Shown piece by piece: positions 19,192 through 29,654 of a DNA stretch of 64,000 bases. Below the pieces are notes generated by a model, which saw only the letters and a list, made by a program, of their open reading frames with translations, ran no database searches and was not told the origin of the DNA. The stretch lies in contig CAXXGO010000003.1 in assembly GCA_963666835.2 (NCBI GenBank), forward strand, positions 1-64,000. The letters are read 5' to 3'. Each line of letters begins with the position of its first letter. Position 1 is the stretch's first letter. Source of the DNA: Phycisphaerae bacterium. Its GTDB lineage: Bacteria; Planctomycetota; Phycisphaerae; UBA1845. The translations under genes and the position numbers were made by a program.

Positions 19192-22079
19192 CTAGAATCT
19201 CCCAAACTCGTCACTATCCAAAGCGATCTCCGGCTGCGGCGATTTCTGCGGAGTCGGACTGCCGACCTTCGGCGGCGAAGCGGAGGTCACTCGCGCCGGC
19301 ATGCCGAAACCGTCCGTTTCGCCCGTTTGGCCGCGAAGCTTGAATTGCGATACTAGTTCCTTAAGTTGCGCCGCTTGGCTGGCCAGTTCCTCCGAAGCGG
19401 CGGCGGATTCCTCAGCGTTGGCGGTATTCTGCTGAGTTACCTGGTCCAACTGCGCCAAGCCATCAGTGACTCCGCCAATACCCTGGGCTTGCTCATCGCT
19501 GGCCGCGGCAATCTCCCCGACCAAGTCCGTGGTCTTACTTACATGGTTGAGAATCTCTGCCAGAGCCTCGGCGGTTTCTTTCGCGATACTGGTTCCCGCC
19601 TTCACTTTCTCAACGGACTCCTCGATCATCGCGGTTGTCTCTCGGGCCGCCTTGGCGCTGCGGGCGGCGAGATTGCGCACTTCCTCGGCTACTACGGCAA
19701 AGCCCTTCCCGTGCGTGCCGGCCCGAGCGGCTTCGACCGCCGCGTTAAGAGCCAGGAGGTTCGTCTGGAAGGCGATTTCGTCTATTACCTTGATGATCTT
19801 GGAAATGTTGGTTGAGGACTCGTTAATGGCAGCCATCGACTCAACCATGTTCTCCATTCGCTGATTACCCCGGTCGGCGGAGGTCTTGGCTTCTCCCGAC
19901 AACAGGTTGGCCTGTCCGGCGTTCTCCGCGTTTTGGTGGGTCCGGGCGGCCATTTCCTCCATGGCTCCCATTATCTCTTCGAGGGAGCCGGCTTGTTCAG
20001 TAGCTCCTTGCGCGAGCGACTGGCTGGTGTCGGCGATCTGCTGCCCGCCGCCGGCAACGCCCTCGACGGCCGCGTTGACCTCGCCGAGGACTCTGTTCAT
20101 TGTGTCGGTGATACCGTCGATGGCGCCGCCGAGTCTCCCGATTTCGTCCTTGCGATCGCTGTCTACTCGAAGAGTGTAGTCCCCCTGAGCGATCTGTTCG
20201 GCGACTTCGGTAGCTCTAATGACGGGACGAGCAATACCGTGGCCGGTGATCAGGCCGAACCCGAGAACGAAAACGCCTGCAATACCGCCAAGAACTCCGA
20301 CCCACGTAAGCAGCCGGTTGCTCGCTGCGGTGTTGGTCGAGTTCATCTCCCTCACGGCGGCCATCGCCTCCGCCTCGTCAATCTTCGAGATAAGGCCCCA
20401 GTGGTCCCCGTACACGTCGATTCCGGTATAGGCTACGGCGACGCCGTCCCCGTGACTATCCTGAAAAATCTGCTGCCCCTCGGCATTGCGAGCTTTCATG
20501 GCCTCGTCTATGTAGGGCGCGGAGATCGGATGGCCGACGACGTACTCTTCATCCATGAATGACAGGTCGCTTCTGAACTCGATTGCCTCGGTGGCGAGGT
20601 CTCTGGCGACCAGGTACGTGCAGCCCGTCGTCCCCATTCCCGTTCGCGATGTCATGACAGTGTTCAACCCGTCCTTGGGCAATTGCAGGGCAACGAGGAC
20701 CTCGACCTCACCGTTGGCATCAAGTACCGGCTGAGCAACGAAGGCCGCCTGAGCGCCGTCATTTGGGGCGTATTCTTCATAGTCTGCAAACCCGAAGGTC
20801 TTCGAATCGGTCACGCGGCGTATGAGTTTGCCCAGGTTAGTTTCCTTGAACTTTCCCTTAGCCAGGTTCGTACCGTGATCCGGCCTATGATACGCACTAT
20901 AGAAACAGTCCCCCTCGGCAGTGAGCAGATATAGATCGCCGTATCCATGAGAATCACTGAACTCGGTAAGGAAGTCTTTGGTTCTGCCGGCCGGCGTCGG
21001 GGAGATGATCTCCTCGAGGCTACCGGTCGTATTCATGACCCACTGCAGATCGAGAATGTGCAGGTTGTCGCAACGCGATACTTCGACATGTCCGGTGCTT
21101 CCGGACTTCACCATGTTTCCCGAGTTACCCGCGAAGGCCCGTTCGATGTTGGGCCCTGACTTGGGCTGGCCGACTCGATTACCCTTCTTGACTACGCGAT
21201 GGCTCCGGTAACTGGTTGCTCCGTCAGGATCGCGTCCGACCAGGTATGTTTCCTGGGTGGAGCCCAGTCCGGCGCGCTGTTGGACGATCTGGTCGATTGA
21301 CTCGATCGGCAAATCGACCGCCAAGACCCCGATGGTCATATCACCTTCTCTCAACGGAATCGCCATGAATGCGGCCGGTTCGCCGCCGGCCGGCTCATAG
21401 GGAGCGAAGTCTTCAATCGTGGTACGCTCGAGGGCCTTGGTGAAACACCTCCCGAGCGGACTGTCTTTGAAAGGTGCCTCGGTAAGATCTTCTCCCAGAT
21501 CAGAGCGTTTGGCTGACGAATAGGCTACTTCTCCGGTATGCGTAATCAAATAAAGGTCGTTGTATCCGTAATCCGTGCGGTACGTGTCCAGCCACGCGCG
21601 GTGTCTTTGCGAATCGGCTTCCGTGACGTCGCGGATCGTGTCACTGTCTCCCGAATCATGGCATTGGGTACAACTACCCATCATTCCATCCAACACTGCG
21701 GGGTTGTCTGCGAGAGTCTCCAGATTGCGGACTCGGTCGGCAAAGAACCCCTCGAGCTGGGTCTTTTTGAGGATTTGGATTGCTTCCAGTTTGGCGTAGA
21801 CTTCCTGGTTCGCGGAAGCGACATTGTCGGTCAGCGTCTGAAGATCGTTTCTGCGGTCTTCGAAATACTGCCGAACCTGTCCGGCCTTGACGTCCCGCAG
21901 AGCTACAAGTTGCGCGAATGCTCTTTCTTCAAGGGCGGTCTCGCCCGCCTGCTCGATCATTGCCATTCCGTCGTTGGCCGTACGATAAGTTGCAATCGCT
22001 ACAATCGCCAACGGGATGAGACTGCACGTTAGACAAGACACAATCAACCTGGTACGTAGTGTCATCGGCTTGACCATCT
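19192..22079 (-). CDS. Methyl-accepting chemotaxis protein with multi-Cache periplasmic region, HAMP and C-terminal EFGRF pentapeptide
   Basis: Two TM helices, [20 protein letters not shown] hairpin tip, Cache-like YNDLYLI / YGDLYLL and GxTxxTYLV segments; CTQCH at 21658-21672. Start codon uncertain (22064-22116). Confidence 0.95.
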
Positions 22080-22173
22080 GTTTTCTCCCCGACCGGTCTA
22101 TTATCAGTGATACCACGAAAGATGTCGGCCCGACCGCGCCGCGATCGAGCCGACCTGCTATACAGACTTTCTG

Positions 22174-25100
22174 TTAGAATCTACCGAATTCGTCGTCGTC
22201 CAGTGCGATTTCCGGCTTCGGCAGATTCTCCGGTGCCGCACTGCCGGCCGCCAGGACCGGCTTGAGCTTTGTGTGCGTTGGGGATGGCGTAGTTGCGGGA
22301 CGAGCCGCTTCCCCCCCGTGCCCCCGTAGCTTGAACTGTGATACTAACTCCTTTAGCTGGGCCGCTTGGCTAGCCAACTGCTCGGCCGCCGCCGCCGATT
22401 CCTCGGCGTTGGCGGTGTTCTGCTGGGTTACCTTATCCAGTTGTCCCAGCCCGTCGTTAACTTGCCCGATTCCCTGGGCCTGCTCATTGCTGGCCGCGGC
22501 GATCTCGCCCACCAAGTCGGTGGTTTTGCTGACGTTGTTGAGAATCTCCGCCAGCGCCTCCGCGGTTTGCTTCGCGATGCCGGTTCCCGCCTTTACCTTT
22601 TCGACCGATTCTTCAATCATAACGGTCGTTTCCTGCGCGGCCTTGGCACTGCGTGCGGCCAGGTTACGCACTTCCTCGGCAACGACGGCGAAGCCCTTCC
22701 CGTGCTTTCCGGCGCGGGCCGCCTCGACCGCCGCGTTAAGGGCGAGCAAGTTTGTTTGGAAAGCGATCTCGTCGATCACCTTGATAATCTTGGATATGTT
22801 GGCCGAGGACTCATTGATATCGTCCATGGAACTGACCATGCTCTCCATCTGCTGATTACCCTGGTCGGCGGAGTTCTTGGCCTCCCCGGATAGCCGGTTA
22901 GCTTGTCCGGCGTTCTCGGCATTCTGCTTGGTCTGGGCGGCCATTTCGGTCATGGCGGCCGTGATCTCCTCGAGAGAGCTGGCTTGCTCGGTGGCTCCCT
23001 GGGCGAGGGACTGGCTGGCGTCGGCGATCTGCTGTCCGCCGCCGGCGACTCCCTCGACGGCCGTGTTGACCTCGCCGAGGACGTCGTTCATGGTGTCGGT
23101 GATGTTGTCGATGGCGCCGCCGAGCCTCCCGATCTCGTCCTGGCGGGTACTGTCCACGCGGAGGGTGTAATCACCCTGGGCGATCTGCTCAGCGACTTCG
23201 GTTGCTCGAACAACCGGGCGGGCAATCCCGCGTCCCATGATCACGCCCAGGACGAGTACGCAAAGGCCGGCTACTGCCCCAACGGCTCCGACCCAAGTCA
23301 GCAACCGGGTGCCCGCGGCGGAATTGGTAGCGTCCATCTCCTTCACGGCGGCCATCGCTTCCGCTTCGTCGATTTTGGAGACTAGCCCCCAATGCTCGCC
23401 GAAGACATCGACGCCGGTGTAGGCCACCGCCACCCCGTTACCGTGGCTGTCTTTGAAGATCTTTTGCCCCTCGGCGTCGGGACTCTTCATCGCTTCTTCT
23501 ATGTAGTTCGTAGTGATCGGATAACCGACGACGTACTTTGGGTCCATGAAGGACAGATCACTCCTGAATTCGGTTGCGCCGGATTCGGCGTTCTTCCCGA
23601 TCAGGTAGGTGCAGCCCGTCTCGCCCATTCCGGTACGCAAAGCCATGATCTCGTTGATCTGGTCCTCGGGTAACTCCAGGGCGACGACTATCTCGACCTC
23701 GCCGTTTTCATCCAGAATGGGGTTTGCGATAAACGCCACCTGGGCTCCGCCGCCAGGGGCATACGGCTTGAAGTCTGCAAACCCGAAGGTCTTGGAGCTC
23801 ATCACTCGGTGGACCAACTCTCCCAGGTTCGAGTCCTTATACTCCCCGGTAAGCAGATTCGTCCGGTAGTCCGATTCGTGCATAGCGGTGAGGAAGCAGT
23901 AGCCCGCGGCGTCGATCAGGAGTACGTCGTTGTAGCCGTAAATCTCATTGTACCGGGCGAGGAAGTTCTTGTCGGAGTTCTTGATTCTCGGGTCCAACGC
24001 CTCTTCTACGTTCATCTCGGTGATGACCGCTAAGTCGAGCTCCTCGAGATATTGGTTGTTGCTCAATACGGGTGTGCCGCGGTGGTTCCGGTAGATCCAG
24101 TTCTGGCGTTGTCCGCGGCCCGTGTCGCGATACTCAAAGACGTTTCTGACGCCCGCCGTCTCGATCTTCTTTTTGAGGATTGTCGGTTCTTCCTCGAAAC
24201 GAGAATTCGACCGCATGACGTAATCCGGACCCACGAGATAACTTTCTCCCGTCTCGCCCAGCCCTACGCTCAGCTCCATGATGTCGGTTATGTTGTCCGT
24301 ATTGCAGACGACCACGGCCATGGCGATTGGGGCCCACGTGTTACGGTCGCGGATGACGTGTGCCATGTGTACGGCCGGCCGGTTCACCTCGGGGCACTGT
24401 TCGATCGTGCTGACGTAGAGATCCTGGCAGGATTCGCCTTTTCTGGTCTTACGTGCGTTGGCCAACGCCGCCTTGAACCAGGTTTTGTCACTTTCGTTTT
24501 CTTCTATCCCGAGCAAGCTGACCAGGTGGTTGCCCTGCAGGTCGAGCAACTTCATTTCGTTATAGTATCCGTGGAGCTTCTGGTTGATCTTGAACTCGTT
24601 GAGGACGTTATTGCGATACTTGTCCATGTTGATCAGTTCATCGAAGTAGACGCTGACTCCGATCACCCATTGCCGGTCCGGAAGGTGTACCAAAGCGGCC
24701 ACCTTGTCCCGAGACTCGGTTTCTCCCTGATTCCTCCAGGGATAGACTTGGTAGTCGACCTGGTCGTTAGTCAACATCTTCCCCTTGGCGACGGCCTGTT
24801 GAATGAAGGGCACTCCGTCGGCATCCCGGGCATCCCAGATGTTCTCGCCGTCTCTTTTGCGGTCCTTCGAGACGACGTAGTTGCCTTCGTAATCGAGGAC
24901 GTAGACATACCCGGTCTGCCCCACCTTGATCTTGGCAATCGCGTCCTTGAGGTCTTCATCTTCCCCGGTCCAGGCCTTTGCGAAAGTGTGCGTCGCGGCG
25001 GCTTCGCTGGCGATGATCTTCTTGGCGTCGAGTTCGACGTCCGGAGTCCGGCGACCGGTCAGAGTCATTGCGGCATCCACGTACGTTGGCATCAACGGCA

Positions 25101-25470
25101 TCGTGTGGACGTCGGCCATCCGTTCGCGAATCCACTTCTGGAGGAACCGCATTTTGTATTCGGCAATCCCGGCGAGTTTGTCCGCCCGTTGCCCTTTGAC
25201 CAGTTCGGTCAGCACGTCCATATCACTCTTGCGGGCGGCGAAATAGTCTTCGACCTGGTTCCTCTGGACGTCGCGCAGCGCAGTGAGTTGGGCGAAGGCC
25301 TTCTCTTCCAGGTCCTTGCCACCTTGCTCCGTTACGGTACCCATCCCGCCCTGCGCGGTTTCGTAGCTGATATAGGCGACGATTACCATGGGGACGAGGC
25401 CGCAAACAAGGAATGACAACACTAATCTTGTTCCAAGGTTCATTTTCTTGAACATCGAGCTTAGCTCCAT
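22174..25470 (-). CDS. Methyl-accepting chemotaxis protein with three Cache-like modules, HAMP and C-terminal EFGRF pentapeptide
   Basis: Two TM helices, conserved hairpin tip, and a periplasmic region of about 690 aa; paralog of the downstream MCP. Confidence 0.95.
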   Translation of the reverse strand: MELSSMFKKMNLGTRLVLSFLVCGLVPMVIVAYISYETAQGGMGTVTEQGGKDLEEKAFAQLTALRDVQRNQVEDYFAARKSDMDVLTELVKGQRADKLAGIAEYKMRFLQKWIRERMADVHTMPLMPTYVDAAMTLTGRRTPDVELDAKKIIASEAAATHTFAKAWTGEDEDLKDAIAKIKVGQTGYVYVLDYEGNYVVSKDRKRDGENIWDARDADGVPFIQQAVAKGKMLTNDQVDYQVYPWRNQGETESRDKVAALVHLPDRQWVIGVSVYFDELINMDKYRNNVLNEFKINQKLHGYYNEMKLLDLQGNHLVSLLGIEENESDKTWFKAALANARKTRKGESCQDLYVSTIEQCPEVNRPAVHMAHVIRDRNTWAPIAMAVVVCNTDNITDIMELSVGLGETGESYLVGPDYVMRSNSRFEEEPTILKKKIETAGVRNVFEYRDTGRGQRQNWIYRNHRGTPVLSNNQYLEELDLAVITEMNVEEALDPRIKNSDKNFLARYNEIYGYNDVLLIDAAGYCFLTAMHESDYRTNLLTGEYKDSNLGELVHRVMSSKTFGFADFKPYAPGGGAQVAFIANPILDENGEVEIVVALELPEDQINEIMALRTGMGETGCTYLIGKNAESGATEFRSDLSFMDPKYVVGYPITTNYIEEAMKSPDAEGQKIFKDSHGNGVAVAYTGVDVFGEHWGLVSKIDEAEAMAAVKEMDATNSAAGTRLLTWVGAVGAVAGLCVLVLGVIMGRGIARPVVRATEVAEQIAQGDYTLRVDSTRQDEIGRLGGAIDNITDTMNDVLGEVNTAVEGVAGGGQQIADASQSLAQGATEQASSLEEITAAMTEMAAQTKQNAENAGQANRLSGEAKNSADQGNQQMESMVSSMDDINESSANISKIIKVIDEIAFQTNLLALNAAVEAARAGKHGKGFAVVAEEVRNLAARSAKAAQETTVMIEESVEKVKAGTGIAKQTAEALAEILNNVSKTTDLVGEIAAASNEQAQGIGQVNDGLGQLDKVTQQNTANAEESAAAAEQLASQAAQLKELVSQFKLRGHGGEAARPATTPSPTHTKLKPVLAAGSAAPENLPKPEIALDDDEFGRF

Positions 25471-25510
25471 TCTATTCCGAGAGAATCACTCTCTTATTCA
25501 ATGCGCAACG

Positions 25511-26050
25511 TCAGGAAACTGACGCTTCGGTGACGCCGGCCGACATGTGCTCAAAGTCGTCTTTGCACAACATTCTTCCCACATCGAGCAAGATCTTGAC
25601 GTCATCGCCCACCTTGCCCATTCCGGAAACAAACCGATGCGCTTCCCCCTTATGGACTGTGGGCGGCGGGGCGACGTCGTCGTCGGGAATATCAAGAACC
25701 TCAGCGACACGGTCCACGATCAGTCCGACCTGAGTACCGTCGAGGTCGACGACGACAATGCAGGTCCGATCGTCGTACTCGCGTGTACCAATACCGAAAC
25801 GCATGCGGACGTCGATCACCGGAATCACCTGACCGCGCAGGTTGATTACTCCGCGCACGTAATCCGGTAACTCCGGAACCTCCGTAATGCTCTGCATGCC
25901 GATGATCTCAGTTACATGACGGATGGGGATTCCGTATTGCTCGTTGGCTACCTGGAAAGTCAGGTATCGCCCGAGCATCGTGTCCTCGTCATCCTCGTCA
26001 TAAAGCTCATTGTCGAGTTCAACGTTCTGAGGTGACTTGTTCTCAGTCAT
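25511..26050 (-). CDS. cheW: Chemotaxis scaffold CheW
   Basis: YLTF, GVINLRGQVIPVID and GLIVDRVAEV. Confidence 0.97.
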   Translation of the reverse strand: MTENKSPQNVELDNELYDEDDEDTMLGRYLTFQVANEQYGIPIRHVTEIIGMQSITEVPELPDYVRGVINLRGQVIPVIDVRMRFGIGTREYDDRTCIVVVDLDGTQVGLIVDRVAEVLDIPDDDVAPPPTVHKGEAHRFVSGMGKVGDDVKILLDVGRMLCKDDFEHMSAGVTEASVS

Positions 26051-26178
26051 GTTCGGTTCTCCATGCGATTCTCCATCCGTTGTGCGATGCCGACCAGTCC
26101 GCTCTAACGAAGCAAATGTTGCAGTTGACCGGTCATAGTATTGTCAGCCCCGTTGGGCATTTATTTCTTCCGGGGGGC

Positions 26179-28887
26179 TTATGCCGGAGCTTCTTGAACC
26201 TCGCTTTCACTGACTGATTCGCCGGTTTCGTTCGTTGGGTCAGGCATACCTTGCGGCGCGGCGTCGAGGGCAGCCTCGCGATTCCGGTAATCCCGGGCAC
26301 GCTCGAGCAAACCTCCGACGTCGAGAATCAGGCTGACTTCTCCAGTGCCCAGGATGGCGCAACCGGACACCCCGGGGACGTCGCCGATATAGCCGCTTAG
26401 TCCCTTGATTACCGTCTGTTGCTGGCCGATCAGCTCGTCGACGAAGAGACATACCTCCTCACCGTGAGCTTCGATTACCACGAGCAGCCCGTCCTCCAAG
26501 GTGAGATGGTCGGCCTGGCAGTCGTACAATTCATGGATCCGAATCACCGGCAAGAGCTGCCCGCGGATTCTGACCACCTCCTGCCCGTCCATGGTCTTGG
26601 TAACGTCGCCGCGCTGCGGCCGGAAAGTCTCGCGGATGCTCAGGATCGGCACGGTGTAACGCGCCCGGCCCACCCGCAGGAGCATTCCGTCGATAATGGC
26701 GAGTGTTAACGGGATGTGCAGAATGAACGTGCTGCCCATTCCCGGTTTGCTGAAGACTTCGACACGGCCCTTGAGTTGTTCCAGGTTCTTCTTCACGACG
26801 TCCATGCCGACGCCGCGGCCGGAGACGTCGGTGACTGTCTCGGCGGTGGAGAATCCCGGTTCGAAAACCAGTTTGAAGACCTCCCGGTCACTCAGGTTGC
26901 TCCCGTCGCCCGTGACCAGACCGTTGGCTATTGCTTTCGCCAGGATCTTCTCGCGGTTCAGTCCGGCTCCGTCGTCCCGGATAGTGACCCAGACCTCGCC
27001 GCCCTCGTGCTTTGCTTCGAGGTAGACGTTCCCGGTAGGCGGCTTGCCGTTCTCCTCGCGTACGGCGGGGAGTTCCACTCCATGATCGACCGCGTTGCGG
27101 ATAATATGAACGAGCGGGTCGGCCAGCAGCTCGGCCACCGTCTTGTCGACCTCGGTGGATTCTCCGATCAGATGCAGCTCGACCTTCTTCTTAACCTTGC
27201 CCGAGAGGTCATGGACCAGGCGGATCATCTTCCGGAACACTCCCGAGATCGGGATCATGCGGACCGACAGGGAGATGTCCTGCAGGTCCCGCGAGATCTT
27301 ATCGAGGTGTTGGGCGGCCTTATCGAAGTTCTCAAAGTCGTGCCCGCGCAGGTCCGGGTTATGAGTTACCAGGGTTTGGGCGATGACCAGCTCGCCGACG
27401 AGATTGATCAGAGTATCCAGCTTATCGAGGTCCACTCGAATGTCGCGTCGTTTGGTCTGACGCCGTTCGATCGAGCTGGCCGCGGTAGGCGGCCGCGCGG
27501 CCGGTTTGGGTTTCGGCGGAGGCGGCGGGGCCTTTGATTCGACTGTCGGAGTCGGCGGGCTCTCGAGATGCAGATCAATGATAGGGGGCGCCGCGGCAGG
27601 TGACGGCGCGGTGTCACAAGATACCTCCGGTTTGTGCGGAATCAAATCAGACATGACGCGCAGCATGACGTCGCAGTTGTCGATCGATCCATCTCCCCCT
27701 TCCGCCAGCGCGGAAACCGCTTCTTGCAGACAGTCTACAACGCTAAGCAAAATGGGGATGGCGTGTTCGTCGGGAAAGATGGAGCCGTCGAGGAACGCCC
27801 CGAGGATCTCTTCGATCCGATGACTCATCCGCTCCAAGTCGGCCAGGCCGCAAAGCCCGCAATTGCCTTTGAAGTTATGGATGCCGCGGCGCGCGTCGTC
27901 CAACGCGTCGCGATCGTCCCAGCTCTTCTCCAAGGCCATGAGCCGCTCTTCGACGAGCTTGAGGCCGTCCTCAGCTTCGGTCGCGAACTGTCCGAGAAGG
28001 TCCGCACTTACGTTCGGCTGCGTTGTGGGCGCGGAGTCCGCGGTTTCACGTGGGGTGGTCGCGCCGGTTTGCGGTAACTCACGGATCATCGCCATAGTCG
28101 AGGCGAACGCCTCGTCCGGATCCTGAGCGGTCTCGCCGCAGATCAAGTCCCGCAGGACACGACTCAGCGCACGGGACTTGTCGTGAAGGGTGGCGTTCGG
28201 GTACGGCCCCGCCGGAGAGGTTGCGTCAACCAGTTCCGTGCAACATCCGTGGATCTTGGCCAGTCGGCTCAGATCGTCCGGCTGGACCGTTTCGACCAGA
28301 GTTGCGATTCTGCTCAACTTGGCCGACACGTTCTCATCCCCATCGTCGGCTGCGGCGGGCGGTGGTGTGTGGGGGGCGGCCTCCGCCTCGGCCGGGGCCG
28401 GCGAAGGTGCCGGTGATTCGGTACGAGGCTCCGGTCCTGATGGGGATTCTGTCGACTCCGGCTGCCCCTTGGCGATCCGGATCGCCTCAACCAGCTCGTC
28501 CTCCAAAGCCTTGCCGGTGGCGGCGTGGTCGGTGTCGGTTAGATTCTCTTCGATGCCATCGAGCATCTGCCGAAGCGCATCGCAACATTGACAGAACAAC
28601 TGAGTGTGACGCGGGATAAGCACAACCTTGTCGTTGCGGATAAGGTCAAGGAGGGTCTCGGCCTGATGAGCTAACCCTACGACGACATTGAGGTTCAGGA
28701 ATCCCGCCCCACCCTTCAAGGAGTGGAAGGTCCGGAATATCCCGGCGATGGTCTCCGGGTCTACCCGGCCCGCGGCGTCCTTCTGGGATTCCAACTGGAC
28801 GAGGACCGGTTCGATCTCGTCGAGCATGTCGCGAGATTCGGTGACAAACTCGTGGAGGATATCCTCCATGTCGCTCGTATCACTCAT
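26179..28887 (-). CDS. cheA: Chemotaxis histidine kinase CheA with two HPt domains
   Basis: FRTFHSLKG and RGIHNFKG HPt motifs, IRVDLDKLDTLINLVGELVI, HIIRNAVDHG, GRGVGMDVV and a C-terminal CheW-like domain. Confidence 0.96.
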   Translation of the reverse strand: MSDTSDMEDILHEFVTESRDMLDEIEPVLVQLESQKDAAGRVDPETIAGIFRTFHSLKGGAGFLNLNVVVGLAHQAETLLDLIRNDKVVLIPRHTQLFCQCCDALRQMLDGIEENLTDTDHAATGKALEDELVEAIRIAKGQPESTESPSGPEPRTESPAPSPAPAEAEAAPHTPPPAAADDGDENVSAKLSRIATLVETVQPDDLSRLAKIHGCCTELVDATSPAGPYPNATLHDKSRALSRVLRDLICGETAQDPDEAFASTMAMIRELPQTGATTPRETADSAPTTQPNVSADLLGQFATEAEDGLKLVEERLMALEKSWDDRDALDDARRGIHNFKGNCGLCGLADLERMSHRIEEILGAFLDGSIFPDEHAIPILLSVVDCLQEAVSALAEGGDGSIDNCDVMLRVMSDLIPHKPEVSCDTAPSPAAAPPIIDLHLESPPTPTVESKAPPPPPKPKPAARPPTAASSIERRQTKRRDIRVDLDKLDTLINLVGELVIAQTLVTHNPDLRGHDFENFDKAAQHLDKISRDLQDISLSVRMIPISGVFRKMIRLVHDLSGKVKKKVELHLIGESTEVDKTVAELLADPLVHIIRNAVDHGVELPAVREENGKPPTGNVYLEAKHEGGEVWVTIRDDGAGLNREKILAKAIANGLVTGDGSNLSDREVFKLVFEPGFSTAETVTDVSGRGVGMDVVKKNLEQLKGRVEVFSKPGMGSTFILHIPLTLAIIDGMLLRVGRARYTVPILSIRETFRPQRGDVTKTMDGQEVVRIRGQLLPVIRIHELYDCQADHLTLEDGLLVVIEAHGEEVCLFVDELIGQQQTVIKGLSGYIGDVPGVSGCAILGTGEVSLILDVGGLLERARDYRNREAALDAAPQGMPDPTNETGESVSESEVQEAPA

Positions 28888-29654
28888 CTGTACTTCGCCT
28901 CCGCGCAGCATCGAACGCTGCCCGTGCTCTTCGTTCCAGTGACGACGTGTGCCGAGTTACCTTGCGTTCTCGGATACGATGCCCCGTCCGTGGCGCACGT
29001 GGTGCACCCGTCGAATCACGCTCATCCTGAAAGCAAGCGGCCGGTGGGTTGCCGAAGATGGTGTTCCGATCATCCGGTGCGGCGACCAGAACATTGTGCC
29101 TGACTATCTCGGTCGTCCTTTGGGGCCGGGCAATGTGTTCATCGGAAACCTGAATCAGGAGATCCCCAACAACGGCAATCTCGATGCCGGTCAACGTTGA
29201 CATCGGGAAGAGTGACTTCTGGGTAAAGGAAAAAGACGCAGAGAGCACTTTGCGTCGGACGGTCCTACGAAGCAGCGAGCGTGGCTTCGACTCTGTGTGG
29301 ATTGCGGGCGAGGGACAGGGTGTTGTCGCTAAGAAGTGTTTACGGACCTTGGGGTACCGCCGCCCGGGTGTGGGGTTATCGGAGGTTTCAACCCACCGTT
29401 GCGCGGCCCGGCGGGATGCTGTCGAGCAGGCCAAGACCCGCATCCGAACGAGTGACTACAACGCGGCACTAACTAAGCAGTCTGATAACATTTCGAAGGC
29501 CCGATATTCCCGCCGGCCCACGTGCTTGGCTCGCCGGATCAGGGGTAAGGCGCGGGCATGCCCTTGATTACTCTCGACCGTCCGCGAGGCGCCGGGCTGC
29601 GGTGGGGCGGGCGGGGTCTACGAGAACCGCACACCCCGCACCCGGGTAGTTGTC

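Noticed and set aside
29225..29280. GACGCAAAG on the minus strand upstream of cheA, reminiscent of a c-di-GMP-I riboswitch
   Set aside because: The upstream GGCAAA/GNRA-capped P2 stem and the downstream P3 were not found.
28880..29567. Several 80-190 aa ORFs between cheA and the RND permease
   Set aside because: No recognisable motifs, atypical composition and mutually overlapping frames; none can be supported as a gene.
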